Positions 40,177-49,651 of a DNA stretch of 64,000 bases are shown piece after piece; position 1 is the stretch's first letter, and every line of letters begins with the position of its first letter. Source of the DNA: an uncultured delta proteobacterium (GTDB lineage Bacteria > Desulfobacterota > RBG-13-43-22); NCBI GenBank assembly GCA_963843145.1, contig CAWJJC010000028.1:480001-544000 (forward strand), given 5' to 3'. Below the pieces are notes generated by a model, which ran no database searches, was not told where the DNA came from, and saw only the letters and a list, made by a program, of their open reading frames with translations. Position numbers and translations under genes: made by a program.

Positions 40177-40755
40177 TTACCTCAGTCCATCCTCTTTCCT
40201 GGCCTGGTCGACCGTCAGGCCCCCGATGCGGGCCAGGGGACGGCCGGAATCGGTGATCACCAGGGCGACTACGATCTCGTCCGGACGAGGGGCGTCATAG
40301 ACCCCCACGGTCATGGCGTCGAAATGGCTGCGCACAAAGGCGGCATCCTTAAAGTGAATCGGGACGTCGATGAGTGTCCCGGGGATCCCCATTTTTTTGG
40401 AGGAGGGGATGATGGCCTTGCCGCCGCCCACGGCCTCGCGAAAGGGGGTGCCCAGCTTGGGATGGAGGATGGCGCCGGCGTGCTCCAATTCTCCCCCGCT
40501 GCCGACGATGGCCGCTTTCCCGTAAGAATGGGCCTGCGCCGGCCGGATGCCCAAAAGTGAAAGGCAACGGATGGCCAGCAGGCCTCCCAGTTGTTCTCCC
40601 GCGGCGGTGAGCAATTCCAGATCATCCGCATAACGTCCGGAGTAGGGATTTTTGATCACCGCCAGGGCCGCGGCTTTGCGGGTAGGCGGGTGAATCTCTC
40701 GGCCCATCTCCTGATGGGTTTCTTCCAGAATGGTGACGATCTTACGAATTTCCAT
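40177..40755 (-). CDS. DUF1185 / 'amino acid synthesis' family protein
   Basis: SYGKAAIVG..GELEH, VRSHFD, DAPRPDE, GRP.ARIGG. Confidence 0.85.
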   Translation of the reverse strand: MEIRKIVTILEETHQEMGREIHPPTRKAAALAVIKNPYSGRYADDLELLTAAGEQLGGLLAIRCLSLLGIRPAQAHSYGKAAIVGSGGELEHAGAILHPKLGTPFREAVGGGKAIIPSSKKMGIPGTLIDVPIHFKDAAFVRSHFDAMTVGVYDAPRPDEIVVALVITDSGRPLARIGGLTVDQARKEDGLR

Positions 40756-40851
40756 GCTAAGAACCTCCGCGGGGCGCTGAGCGCCCAAAAAAAATATGAA
40801 TCAGAATGATTTAAATCCTTTTTCTAGAAATTTAGCGTTTTGAAGAAAATC

Positions 40852-41042
40852 TTCACCGCAGAGACGCCGAGGACGCAGAGGAATTTATTTTTCATAAAAT
40901 CGGGAGATGCCGATTTTATGAAAGATCCGGCCGCCTCCGGCGGGTTGCCTATTCGCGTAGCGATGAGCGGTTTTCCTTTGGCGGCATCTCCCGCCAATGG
41001 AAAAGTTAATGTTCTCTGCGTTCCCTTCGCCTCGGCGGTGAA
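40852..41042. repeat. Structured intergenic element: outer inverted repeat enclosing two hairpins with complementary loops
   Basis: Outer arms TTCACCGCAGAG.../...CTCGGCGGTGAA; hairpins at 40890-40923 and 40971-41004. Confidence 0.8.
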
Positions 41043-41082
41043 ACCGCTTTAAATTATGCTTTTTTTAGTTTACGCTCCGCGC

Positions 41083-42246
41083 TCAGCTTAAAACCTTGGC
41101 GGCCCGTTTGGGGGGCGGCGTATTTCGGCTGGTCTGGAAAAGGACCTGCCCATCCACCATGACTACCGAAATACCGGGGTTGTCTCCCGCTGCCAGGCAG
41201 GAGAGCAGGTCCTCTCCCACTGAACCCAGAGAGGCATCCAGAAAAACAAGATCGGCCTCTTTACCGGGAGCGATAATCCCTCGATTCAGTCCAAAGACCC
41301 GGGCCGTATTTCCGGTGGCCAGGCAGACCGCTAATTCCGGCGGGATATCGCCCAGGGCGCAGATCAGGTTCAGCGTCCGCAAAAGTCCCAGGGGCACTAC
41401 GCCGGTCCCCGAGGGAGCGTCATTTCCCAAGATGAGGCGTTGATATTCCTGGCGCTGGTGGATCCGACGGGCCACCTCGACGGCCCGCAGCGGGTTGCCG
41501 CAATGGACGATCTCCAAAGTGTATTGGGTTTGATCAATCAGTTTGAAAGCCTCTTCCCTGGATACGGCCGTGGGGCCGCCGTTGATGTGCGAAACGATGT
41601 CCGGGTCGGCGGCCATAACCATTTCGGCCGACACCGTGGAACTGCCGGGAATGGAGGTGCCCCCGGTGTGCATCATCACCACCATCCCGTTCTTTTTGGC
41701 CCAAGCGATCATGGGGGCGGCCTCCTGGGGGTCTTTCACCGAGCCTAAGCCCACCTCCCCGACGACTTTCACCCCCTGACCGGCCAGCTCCTCGAAATCC
41801 GCCTCGGTCAGTCCTTTTTCGAGGATCACCGCACCGCCCAGGACCTTCATTCCGCCGGGACGATAGTTCTGAAAGGATTTGGCGGCCAGAATGGCCAGGG
41901 CCTTCACGCCGGCCGGGTCTTTAGGTCGACCCGGCAGATGGACTTCTCCGGCCGAAACCGCGGTGGTCACGCCCCCATGGAGGGTGCTCTCCAGATAGTT
42001 GACCGTCAGTTGACGGGGAGTGAAATCGCCGAAGACCGAATGACAGTGGGAGTCGATCATCCCGGGCATGACTGCCGCTCCGGCAGCATCGATAACTACC
42101 GCTCCGGCCGGGGCCGACAGGCCGGCTTCATCGGTCACTTGTTTGATGAGGCCTTCCTGGATGACCAGTGCATTGGAATTCAAAATAGGATTGGCCACGT
42201 CGCCGGATAAAAGTAGACCGATGTTCTTAATGTAGACAGTATTCAT
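41083..42246 (-). CDS. ena: Enamidase (amidohydrolase of nicotinate catabolism)
   Basis: DSHCH, LHGGVTT, PGRPKD, MHTGGTSIPGSS, SHINGGPT, GNDAPSGTG, SRNTPP. Closely resembles Eubacterium barkeri enamidase as recalled. Confidence 0.88.
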   Translation of the reverse strand: MNTVYIKNIGLLLSGDVANPILNSNALVIQEGLIKQVTDEAGLSAPAGAVVIDAAGAAVMPGMIDSHCHSVFGDFTPRQLTVNYLESTLHGGVTTAVSAGEVHLPGRPKDPAGVKALAILAAKSFQNYRPGGMKVLGGAVILEKGLTEADFEELAGQGVKVVGEVGLGSVKDPQEAAPMIAWAKKNGMVVMMHTGGTSIPGSSTVSAEMVMAADPDIVSHINGGPTAVSREEAFKLIDQTQYTLEIVHCGNPLRAVEVARRIHQRQEYQRLILGNDAPSGTGVVPLGLLRTLNLICALGDIPPELAVCLATGNTARVFGLNRGIIAPGKEADLVFLDASLGSVGEDLLSCLAAGDNPGISVVMVDGQVLFQTSRNTPPPKRAAKVLS

Positions 42247-42263
42247 TTGAGCTCCTGTAAACT

Positions 42264-42400
42264 AAACCCGAAATTCGAAGCACGAAATTCGAAACAAGCA
42301 CGAAGGCCCAAAATTCAAATGACCGAAACCAAAATGTTTTGAATTTTGATATTTGATCATTTGAATTTGTTTCGGATTTCGGATTTCGGGTTTCGAATTT
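42264..42400. repeat. Heptamer-periodic inverted repeat (TTCGAAA family), empty
   Basis: aaattcgaagcacgaaattcgaaacaag... / ...gtttcggatttcggatttcgggtttcgaattt. Confidence 0.8.
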
Positions 42401-42439
42401 ATACTAAAATATTTCAAGATTTGATTGTTCTAGACATTC

Positions 42440-42985
42440 TTACCAACTCGGTGGACTTACCACCCAGACCACTACGGTTTTAGCGCTCTCTTTATTGGTC
42501 CAGGAATGGGGGATCAGGGAGGAATAATAGAAACTATGTCCCTTCGGTACCGGAGAAACCTGGTCGCCCACGGTCAAGGTCAGGGTTCCCTCCAGAACAA
42601 TTCCAAATTCTTCTCCCACGTGGCTGTAGGGGGCCTTAGATCCGCCTCCCGGTTCAATGACCGTATAAAAGGGCTGCATTCGTTTATTGGCAACCGATTT
42701 GACCAGTTGCTGGATCTGGGCCCGCCAGCCTTTCAGACTTACCCGGATACGCTCTTCCGGCCCCATGACCACCGGTTCGCCGACACTTTCCTCCATGAAA
42801 AAATCCACAATGCGTATTTTAAAGGCAGTGGCAATTTTTTTTAAGCTGGCGATCGAGGGGGAGGTCTGGTCTCGTTCAATCTGAGAGATATACGAAGCCG
42901 TCAGCCCGGATTGCTCCCCCAGTTGCCGGAGAGTCATCCGCTGTTCCCGACGGAGCGATTTTATTTTTTTGCCGATATTTTCCAA
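42440..42985 (-). CDS. XRE-cupin transcriptional regulator
   Basis: HTH SYISQIER...PS..SL and cupin motif HVGEEF..VLEG. Confidence 0.92.
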   Translation of the reverse strand: MENIGKKIKSLRREQRMTLRQLGEQSGLTASYISQIERDQTSPSIASLKKIATAFKIRIVDFFMEESVGEPVVMGPEERIRVSLKGWRAQIQQLVKSVANKRMQPFYTVIEPGGGSKAPYSHVGEEFGIVLEGTLTLTVGDQVSPVPKGHSFYYSSLIPHSWTNKESAKTVVVWVVSPPSW

Positions 42986-43025
42986 TCAATCTATTCCGTA
43001 CGCCAGGGAAATTTTCCTTGATAAA

Positions 43026-43064
43026 TTTTTAGTTATATTTTATTAATTCAACTATAACTAAAAA
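43026..43064. promoter_or_regulatory. Candidate operator: perfect 12-bp inverted repeat
   Basis: TTTTTAGTTATA-N15-TATAACTAAAAA between the divergent regulator and ABC genes. Confidence 0.55.
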
Positions 43065-43173
43065 AAATATTCCGAGTCAATGATTTTCTTGAACCCCAAG
43101 GAGTTCTCCCTGATAATAGGAATACAGGGAATTATCAAGGAATCCACGAAAAACTATTTTAAGGAGGGTATCG

Positions 43174-44409
43174 ATGAAAAAGCGTAGCGGGTTGGTTTTA
43201 GGGCTGTTGTTTGGGTTGGCTTTTATCCTGATGGGGGCCGGGATGGTTCAGGCCGCGTCTTTTCGAATCGGGGTGGCTGTGCCGCTCTCCGGGACTTTCG
43301 GCAAGGACGGAGCCCAGGTCAAAGATGCCTACACCTACTGGGCGGAGGTGGTGAATGCCAAGGGAGGCATCGCGGTCAAGGGCAAAAAATTTCCCGTCGA
43401 ATTAGTGTTCTACGACGACCAGTCCGATCCCCAGTTGAGTGCCAAGCTGGTCGAAAAACTGGTCAAGGAAGACAAGGTGGACCTCCTGCTGGGGGGGTTC
43501 GGCTCCAGTCAGGTCATGGCGGCTTCGGCGGCCTCCGAGCGGCTGAAATACCCGATGATCTGTGGATCGGCTTCCTCCAATGCCCTTTTTACGCGGGGGT
43601 TCAAATATTATTTTTCCACCCTGGGAAAGGCCACCGAAGAGGTCCGCGGGTTGGTGGAAGTTTTTAACGTGGTCCAGCCCAAGCCCAAGACGCTGGCTAT
43701 CGTGGGCGCCAACATCCCCTTTACGGCGCAGTCCGTGGATGGATTTGAAATGTACGCCAAAAAATACGGGATCGCCGTAGTCCATAAGGAACTTTTTCCC
43801 TTAAGCCTTCAGGATTACAATACCTTGCTTCAAAAAGTGAAGGCCAAAAACCCGGATGTCCTTTTAGTGGGCTCCCATGTGGCCGTGGCCTTAAGGGTCA
43901 TGAAGGCCCTGAAAGAGATTGACTTCAGCCCCAAGGCCGTGGGTTTTTCTTACGGGCCTACCGTCCCGGCCTTTGTCGAAGGGTTGGGGAAGGATGCCGA
44001 GTATGTCTTCGCCGCCAGTGAGTGGACTGCGAACCTGCCTTATAAAGATGCCGTCTTCGGTACGGCCTCCGATTTGAGCAAGGCCTACTTCAAACGATTT
44101 AACCGCCATCCGGATTACGTCGAGGCCGCTTCCATCGGCGGGGCCTTGGCCCAGCAGTTTGCCCTCCAGGAATTGGGACTGGTGCCGCCCTTGAAGGAAG
44201 AAGATCGGGTGAAGTTGATGGAGAGTCTTCATAAGATTAATGTCATGACCTCCTACGGGCAGATCCATTTTGGTGAAGACGGGGCCAATGTGGATCACCC
44301 GCCGGTAGCCGTTCAGGTGCAAAAGGGGAAACTGGTCAATGTCTATCCGACCTCGGCCGCGGAAGGGAAACCCCAGTTCCCCATGCCGGCCTGGAATGAA
44401 CGGAAATAA
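43174..44409 (+). CDS. ABC transporter substrate-binding protein (LivJ/K-like)
   Basis: Signal peptide; IGVAVPLSG, YDDQSDP. Confidence 0.92.
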   Translation: MKKRSGLVLGLLFGLAFILMGAGMVQAASFRIGVAVPLSGTFGKDGAQVKDAYTYWAEVVNAKGGIAVKGKKFPVELVFYDDQSDPQLSAKLVEKLVKEDKVDLLLGGFGSSQVMAASAASERLKYPMICGSASSNALFTRGFKYYFSTLGKATEEVRGLVEVFNVVQPKPKTLAIVGANIPFTAQSVDGFEMYAKKYGIAVVHKELFPLSLQDYNTLLQKVKAKNPDVLLVGSHVAVALRVMKALKEIDFSPKAVGFSYGPTVPAFVEGLGKDAEYVFAASEWTANLPYKDAVFGTASDLSKAYFKRFNRHPDYVEAASIGGALAQQFALQELGLVPPLKEEDRVKLMESLHKINVMTSYGQIHFGEDGANVDHPPVAVQVQKGKLVNVYPTSAAEGKPQFPMPAWNERK

Positions 44410-44466
44410 GCCGGTTCTTAATAGTCCCTTAATTGGAACAAATTTTTACTTTAGTCTAAATTAAGG

Positions 44467-44511
44467 TCTGGCCTCCGGCCATGCGACATTGTCGAATGGC
44501 CGGAGGCCAGA
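44467..44511 (+). terminator. Long hairpin between the binding-protein and permease genes (terminator or mRNA stabiliser)
   Basis: tctggcctccggccat ... atggccggaggccaga. Confidence 0.65.
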
Positions 44512-44591
44512 TCTCTTGATATTGCTGCCACCAGGAGACCCGTAGTAACGGTTTTGGCGGCGGTTCGATTTAGGAAGCGATTGATTCGATA

Positions 44592-45461
44592 ATGATCCCC
44601 CTGATTCAAGCCCTGATCAACGGTCTATTACTCGGCGGCATTTATGCCGCCTTTTCCGCGGGATTTTCCCTGATTTTCGGGGTCATGGGCGTGGTCAATA
44701 TCGCCAACGGGGAAATGGTCATGATCGGGGCCTTTATCACTTACTTCCTCTTTGATCTATTCAAACTGGACCCCTTCCTGACCCTGCCTTTCAGTCTCGT
44801 GGGACTTTTTGTGCTGGGCTATCTCCTTCAGCGTCTGGTCATCAACCGGGTCATCGGCGCCCCGCCGATCATGAGTTACATCATGACTTTCGGGATCCAT
44901 CTGACCTTGGCCAACCTGGCCCTCCTGGCCTGGTCGGCCGACCCGCGGATCATCACCACCTCTTATTCCGGGGCCCATTTCTCCTTGGGGGGAATCACCT
45001 TCCCGGTGGTTCAGTTCGTCACTTTTATTCTGGCCTTTGTTATTATCGGGGGCTTGTATCTTCTGCTCTACTGGACCAAGATCGGACGGGCCATCCAGGC
45101 CACGGCCCAGGATCGGGAAATGGCCCGTCTGATGGGGATCAGTGTCCATCAGGTTTACGCGGTGACCTTCGGCCTGGGGGCTGCCGTGACCGGACTTTCC
45201 GGTTCCCTGATCGCCTCCTTTCGCTACGTGGAAACCGGAATGGGCCTGCCCTACACCATCATGGCTTTCTGCGTGGTGGTCGTAGGGGGCATGGGTTATA
45301 TCCCCGGGGCCTTGGTCGGCGGTCTGATCCTGGGCGTTATCAGTTCACTGACCACTCATTTCTTTACCGCCGGCTGGTCCATGGCCATCACCTTTTTTCT
45401 ACTGTATTTAATCCTGCTTTTTCGGCCCCAAGGGATACTCGGCAAAGGGATTATGGAATGA
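44592..45461 (+). CDS. ABC permease, LivH-like
   Basis: GFSLIFGVMGVVN.ANGE, GRAIQA.AQD. Confidence 0.92.
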   Translation: MIPLIQALINGLLLGGIYAAFSAGFSLIFGVMGVVNIANGEMVMIGAFITYFLFDLFKLDPFLTLPFSLVGLFVLGYLLQRLVINRVIGAPPIMSYIMTFGIHLTLANLALLAWSADPRIITTSYSGAHFSLGGITFPVVQFVTFILAFVIIGGLYLLLYWTKIGRAIQATAQDREMARLMGISVHQVYAVTFGLGAAVTGLSGSLIASFRYVETGMGLPYTIMAFCVVVVGGMGYIPGALVGGLILGVISSLTTHFFTAGWSMAITFFLLYLILLFRPQGILGKGIME

Positions 45462-46381
45462 ACCGCAAGGGCTGGATTATCGGGTTGATCGTCGCCGCGC
45501 TGCTGGCCGCCTTACCCTTTTTTCAGGGCGGTTACCTGATCAATTTCCTGACGGTGCTTTTTTACTGGATCGGATTGACGGGCTGCTGGAATTATATGAG
45601 CGGCTATTCCGGATACATCGATTTTGGTTCGGTGACCTACGTGGGCGTGGGGGCCTATGTGGCCGGCGTTCTGGTCCTCAAGACCGGGATGCCCCTCTAT
45701 CTATCCCTGGTCCTGGCCGGCCTGGCCGCCCTGCTCCTGGCGATTGTCGTGGGTTGGCCGACCTTGAAGCTGCGAGGGGCTTATTTCGCCATTGCCACCT
45801 TTGCCCTGGCCGAAGCCATCAAACAGGTCGCCGAGGAATGGAACGCGCTGACCGGAGGAGGAAGCGGTCTGACCTACACCACTCGTTTTGACGATCTGAC
45901 CTACTACTGGGGGTATCTGCTTATTGCCGGCCTCATCATCGCCATGACCTATTGGACCGACCGCTCCAAGATGGGCTATGCCCTGAAGGCCATCCATCAG
46001 GACGAGCACGCCGCCGGCCGGGTAGGGGTCAATACCCGTTTGGTTAAAGTTCGGGCCTATGCCCAGAGCGCTTTTTTTATCGGGCTGCTGGGTGCCCTGG
46101 AAGCCAGTCGCATAGGCTACATCACCCCGGTGGATGTCTTCAACGTCCAAATTACCATCAAAATGGTTATTATGAGCCTGCTGGGCGGCATGGGGACAGT
46201 CTGGGGGCCTATCGTCGGGGCCGTCTTCCTGCAGACTATCGAAGATTTCCTGGGAGCCAATTTTCTGAACTGGTACCTGGTGATCATCGGGGTCATTATT
46301 ATTTTAGTCATCATGTTTATGCCCCGGGGGATCAGCGGGACCCTGGCTTCCCGCTTTAGGCGCCTGGTTTCCAAAAGGTAA
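45458..46381 (+). CDS. ABC permease, LivM-like
   Basis: LKLRGAYFAIAT, GGMGTVWGP. Confidence 0.92.
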   Translation: MNRKGWIIGLIVAALLAALPFFQGGYLINFLTVLFYWIGLTGCWNYMSGYSGYIDFGSVTYVGVGAYVAGVLVLKTGMPLYLSLVLAGLAALLLAIVVGWPTLKLRGAYFAIATFALAEAIKQVAEEWNALTGGGSGLTYTTRFDDLTYYWGYLLIAGLIIAMTYWTDRSKMGYALKAIHQDEHAAGRVGVNTRLVKVRAYAQSAFFIGLLGALEASRIGYITPVDVFNVQITIKMVIMSLLGGMGTVWGPIVGAVFLQTIEDFLGANFLNWYLVIIGVIIILVIMFMPRGISGTLASRFRRLVSKR

Positions 46382-46386
46382 CCCTC

Positions 46387-47109
46387 GTGGCGATTCTGCG
46401 GATAGAAAAAATCGGGAAAAATTTCGGGGCCCTGGCAGCGCTCAGCGAGGTGTCTTTTGAATTGCATCCGGGGGAAATCCTGGGCATCATCGGTCCCAAC
46501 GGCTCCGGGAAAACCACCCTTTTCAACGTTATGATCGGGGAGCCGCCGGCTGACCAGGGGAAAGTCTATTTTGAGGAGCGTGAAATTACCCGGACCCCCA
46601 CCTACAAAATTTGTCGCTTGGGGCTGGTGAAGACCGCCCAGATTGTTCAACCCTTCGCCGGCCTGAGCGTCAAGGACAACATTATCATGGGCGGGTTATT
46701 CGGGGCCGATTTGCCCCTGCCACGGGCCCGGCGGAAGGCCGAGGAAGTCATGGAATGGATGGGGCTGAGGGACCTGGCGGACACGCCGGCGGAGTCTATT
46801 ACCGTAGCCATGCGTCGCCGTCTGGAATTGGCCCGGGCTTTGGCCACCAATCCCAAGGTGATCCTGATGGACGAAAACATGGCCGGTTTGACCGCCAGTG
46901 AAATCGAGGCCGTGTTAACCCTGCTTCGCCGGATCAATGCCCTGGGCATCAGTTTAATCATTGTGGAACATATCATGCAGGCCGTTATGGGTATCTCCCA
47001 AAGGGTTATCGTTCTCAATTACGGGCAAAAAATTACCGAAGGCACTCCCGCTGAAGTGGTCAGGAACCGGGAAGTGATCGAGGCCTACCTGGGTGAAGAG
47101 TATGCTTAA
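46387..47109 (+). CDS. ABC ATPase, LivG-like
   Basis: GPNGSGKTT, ILMDE, IVEH, VIEAYLG. Confidence 0.92.
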   Translation: MAILRIEKIGKNFGALAALSEVSFELHPGEILGIIGPNGSGKTTLFNVMIGEPPADQGKVYFEEREITRTPTYKICRLGLVKTAQIVQPFAGLSVKDNIIMGGLFGADLPLPRARRKAEEVMEWMGLRDLADTPAESITVAMRRRLELARALATNPKVILMDENMAGLTASEIEAVLTLLRRINALGISLIIVEHIMQAVMGISQRVIVLNYGQKITEGTPAEVVRNREVIEAYLGEEYA

Positions 47110-47818
47110 GGTGGACCGTTTGGATGCCTATTATGGCGATGTCCAGGTCCTCTGGTCGGTGTCCCTGGATGTACGGGCCGGGGAGATGGTGGCCGTGATC
47201 GGACCGAACGGAGCCGGGAAGTCCACGCTTCTGAAGGCGGTGGTCGGTTTAGTGGCTCCCCGGGGCGGCGGCGGATCGGGCGCGGTGCGTTACCAGGGGC
47301 AGCCCTTGGACGGAATGACCCCTGAAAAGATTGTCCGCGCCGGCGTGGCCCTGGTGCCGGAAGGGGCGCGGGTCTTTCCGGAGATGAGCTGTCTGGACAA
47401 TCTGAAGCTCGGCGCCCACACCCTCAAGGATTCTCGGCGGCTGGAGGCGCTCTTGGCCGAGGTCCAGGAGCTGTTTCCCCGATTGAAGGAAAGGGCCAAG
47501 CAAAAGGCCAAAACCCTCTCGGGCGGGGAGCGGCAGATGCTGGCCATGGGCCGGGCTTTAATGAGCGATCCCCAGTTTCTGCTTTTGGATGAACCTTCGC
47601 TGGGGCTCCATCCCTTGATGGTCTCCCATGTCTTCAAGGCCTTGGAGCAAATTAATCAACGGGGGAAGACCATACTGCTGGTGGAGCAAAAAGTGACCTT
47701 TGCCCTGAAGATGAGCCACCGGGCTTACGTCCTGGAAAACGGGCGAACGGTCCTGGAGGGCCGGGGGGCGGAGATGATGAATGATCCGCATGTGCGCCAG
47801 GCCTATCTGGCCATGTAA
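47102..47818 (+). CDS. ABC ATPase, LivF-like
   Basis: GPNGAGKST, LSGGERQM, LLLDEPSLGL, LVEQ. Confidence 0.93.
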   Translation: MLKVDRLDAYYGDVQVLWSVSLDVRAGEMVAVIGPNGAGKSTLLKAVVGLVAPRGGGGSGAVRYQGQPLDGMTPEKIVRAGVALVPEGARVFPEMSCLDNLKLGAHTLKDSRRLEALLAEVQELFPRLKERAKQKAKTLSGGERQMLAMGRALMSDPQFLLLDEPSLGLHPLMVSHVFKALEQINQRGKTILLVEQKVTFALKMSHRAYVLENGRTVLEGRGAEMMNDPHVRQAYLAM

Positions 47819-47891
47819 GTGCGCCCATGGACGGCGGAAGAAAAGTTAAGAACTGTTTTTTGCACCAGGCTGATTTTAAAGGGAGGAACCA

Positions 47892-49383
47892 ATGGCACTA
47901 TTGCCGGAAGTAAGCAAGCATTACGGGAAACTGAAATTATACCTTAACGGACAGTGGGTTGAACCGAAAAGCGGGCGCTATTTCGAAACTACCAATCCGG
48001 CCACCGATGAGGTGATCGCCGAGGCCCCGGTGGCCTCCCTGGAAGAGGTGGAGCAGGCCATCGCCGCCGCCCAGGCGGCTTTTCTAAAGTGGCGGGACGT
48101 CCCTTTGAGGGATAGGGCCAGACTGGTTTTTAATCTTCGGGAGACCTTTGCCCGGCACCATGAGGAACTGGCCCGGATCCTCGTTCAGGACCACGGCTGT
48201 ACTATTGGGGAGGGTCGGGGGACAATTTCCAGGTGTATGGAGAATATCGAGGCCGCCGGAAGCGCCTTGTACAGTCTGTATAAGGGGGAGCATGTGGATC
48301 AGTTGGCTACCGGGATCGACTGTTACCTGCTCCGGGAACCGGTGGGCGTATTTTTGATTATTACGCCGGGTAACGTCCCCATGCATGCCTGGTCCTCTTT
48401 CGTCCCCTATGCCCTGGCCTGCGGGTGCACGGTCATCGTCAAGCCGAGCCGCCAATGCCCGGTATCGGCCGAGGCCATGTTCAAAATGCTCGACGAGACG
48501 GGTTTCCCGCCCGGGGTGGCCAATCTGCTCCATATGGGACCGGAACGGGAATTGAACAAACGGATTATTTCAGACCCGAGGGTCAGAGGGGTAGGGCTCA
48601 TCGGTTCCACCCGGGTGAGCAAGGAGCTCTTCGAGTTGTGCGGAAAATATGGGAAGAGGTCCTCCCTGAACGGAAACGGCAAAAATTATATCGTCATCAT
48701 GCCCGATGCCGATATCGATAGTTCCGTCCAGTACATCCTGCGCGGCTGTTTCGGCATGAGCGGCCAGCGCTGCCTGGGCTCGGACAACGTGGCCGTTATC
48801 GGGGATGACAAAATGTATGGGGAGATAAAAGAAAAATTAATCGCCGCCGCCGGGGCCATGAAGATGGGCTACGGCCTGGACGAGACGCACGGAACTCGGT
48901 CCCATTACCACCAAGAACGGTCGGAACCTGGTAGCCGAATTTATCGACGCCGGTCAAAAGGCCGGGGCCAAGCTCATTCTGGACGGGCGTTCGGCCAAGG
49001 TTCAGGGATATGAGCAGGGCTATTTCCTGGGGCCCACTATTTTTGAAGGCGTAACCCCCGACATGTGCATCGCCCAGGAAGAGGCCTTCGGACCGGTCTG
49101 TAATTTTTTCAGGCTGGGTGACCTGGACGAGGCCATCTCCCTGATCAATGGAAGCAACTACGGCCATTCCGCCTGCATCGCCACCGAGAGCGGAAAGGCG
49201 GCCCGTAAATTCATCCGAGAATGCGAAGTGGGTAATGTGGGGGTTAATGCCGGTATCCCGCAGCCCTACGCCTTCTTCGGCCTGGGTTCCAAGAAGGAAT
49301 CCTCCTTTGGGAATTCCAAGTCCAGAATGGATTCGGTAAAGCTCTTTCTGGATGAAAAGACGGTCACGGTGCGATGGGTTTAA
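47892..49383 (+). CDS. CoA-acylating aldehyde dehydrogenase (methylmalonate-semialdehyde dehydrogenase-like), frameshifted near 48888
   Basis: ITPGNVP, KPS, IGSTRV, NGNGKN (no catalytic Glu), GQRC. After removing one base the frame continues TELGPIT...EEAFGPV...GNVGVN. Either a pseudogene or a sequencing indel. Confidence 0.8.
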
Positions 49384-49431
49384 GAGGTAAATAAGAATCA
49401 AGCACCGCTTTTTAGGCCTCAGTTTTTTGCC

Positions 49432-49531
49432 GTCATGCCGGACTCGATCCGGCATCCAGGTCCTTTTTGGCTTAGCCGAGGCCTGGATTCCGGATCGCGT
49501 CACGCCTTAGGCGTGACTTGTCCGGAATGAC
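49432..49531. repeat. REP-like palindrome (GTCATGCCGGAC...TCCGGAATGAC) with an inserted hairpin
   Basis: Arms gtcatgccgg / ccggaatgac, inner atccagg / cctggat, extra hairpin gtcacgcc-tta-ggcgtgac. Confidence 0.75.
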
Positions 49532-49651
49532 AAGCTGACTCGACCCGGCTAAAGCCTATTTTCATGCTTCGTGCTGGCCCGGGTCGGTTTTTTTAAAAAT
49601 AAAGGGATATCCTTAAGACGAGACCATCAAAAAATCTGAAAGGAGAAGGCT

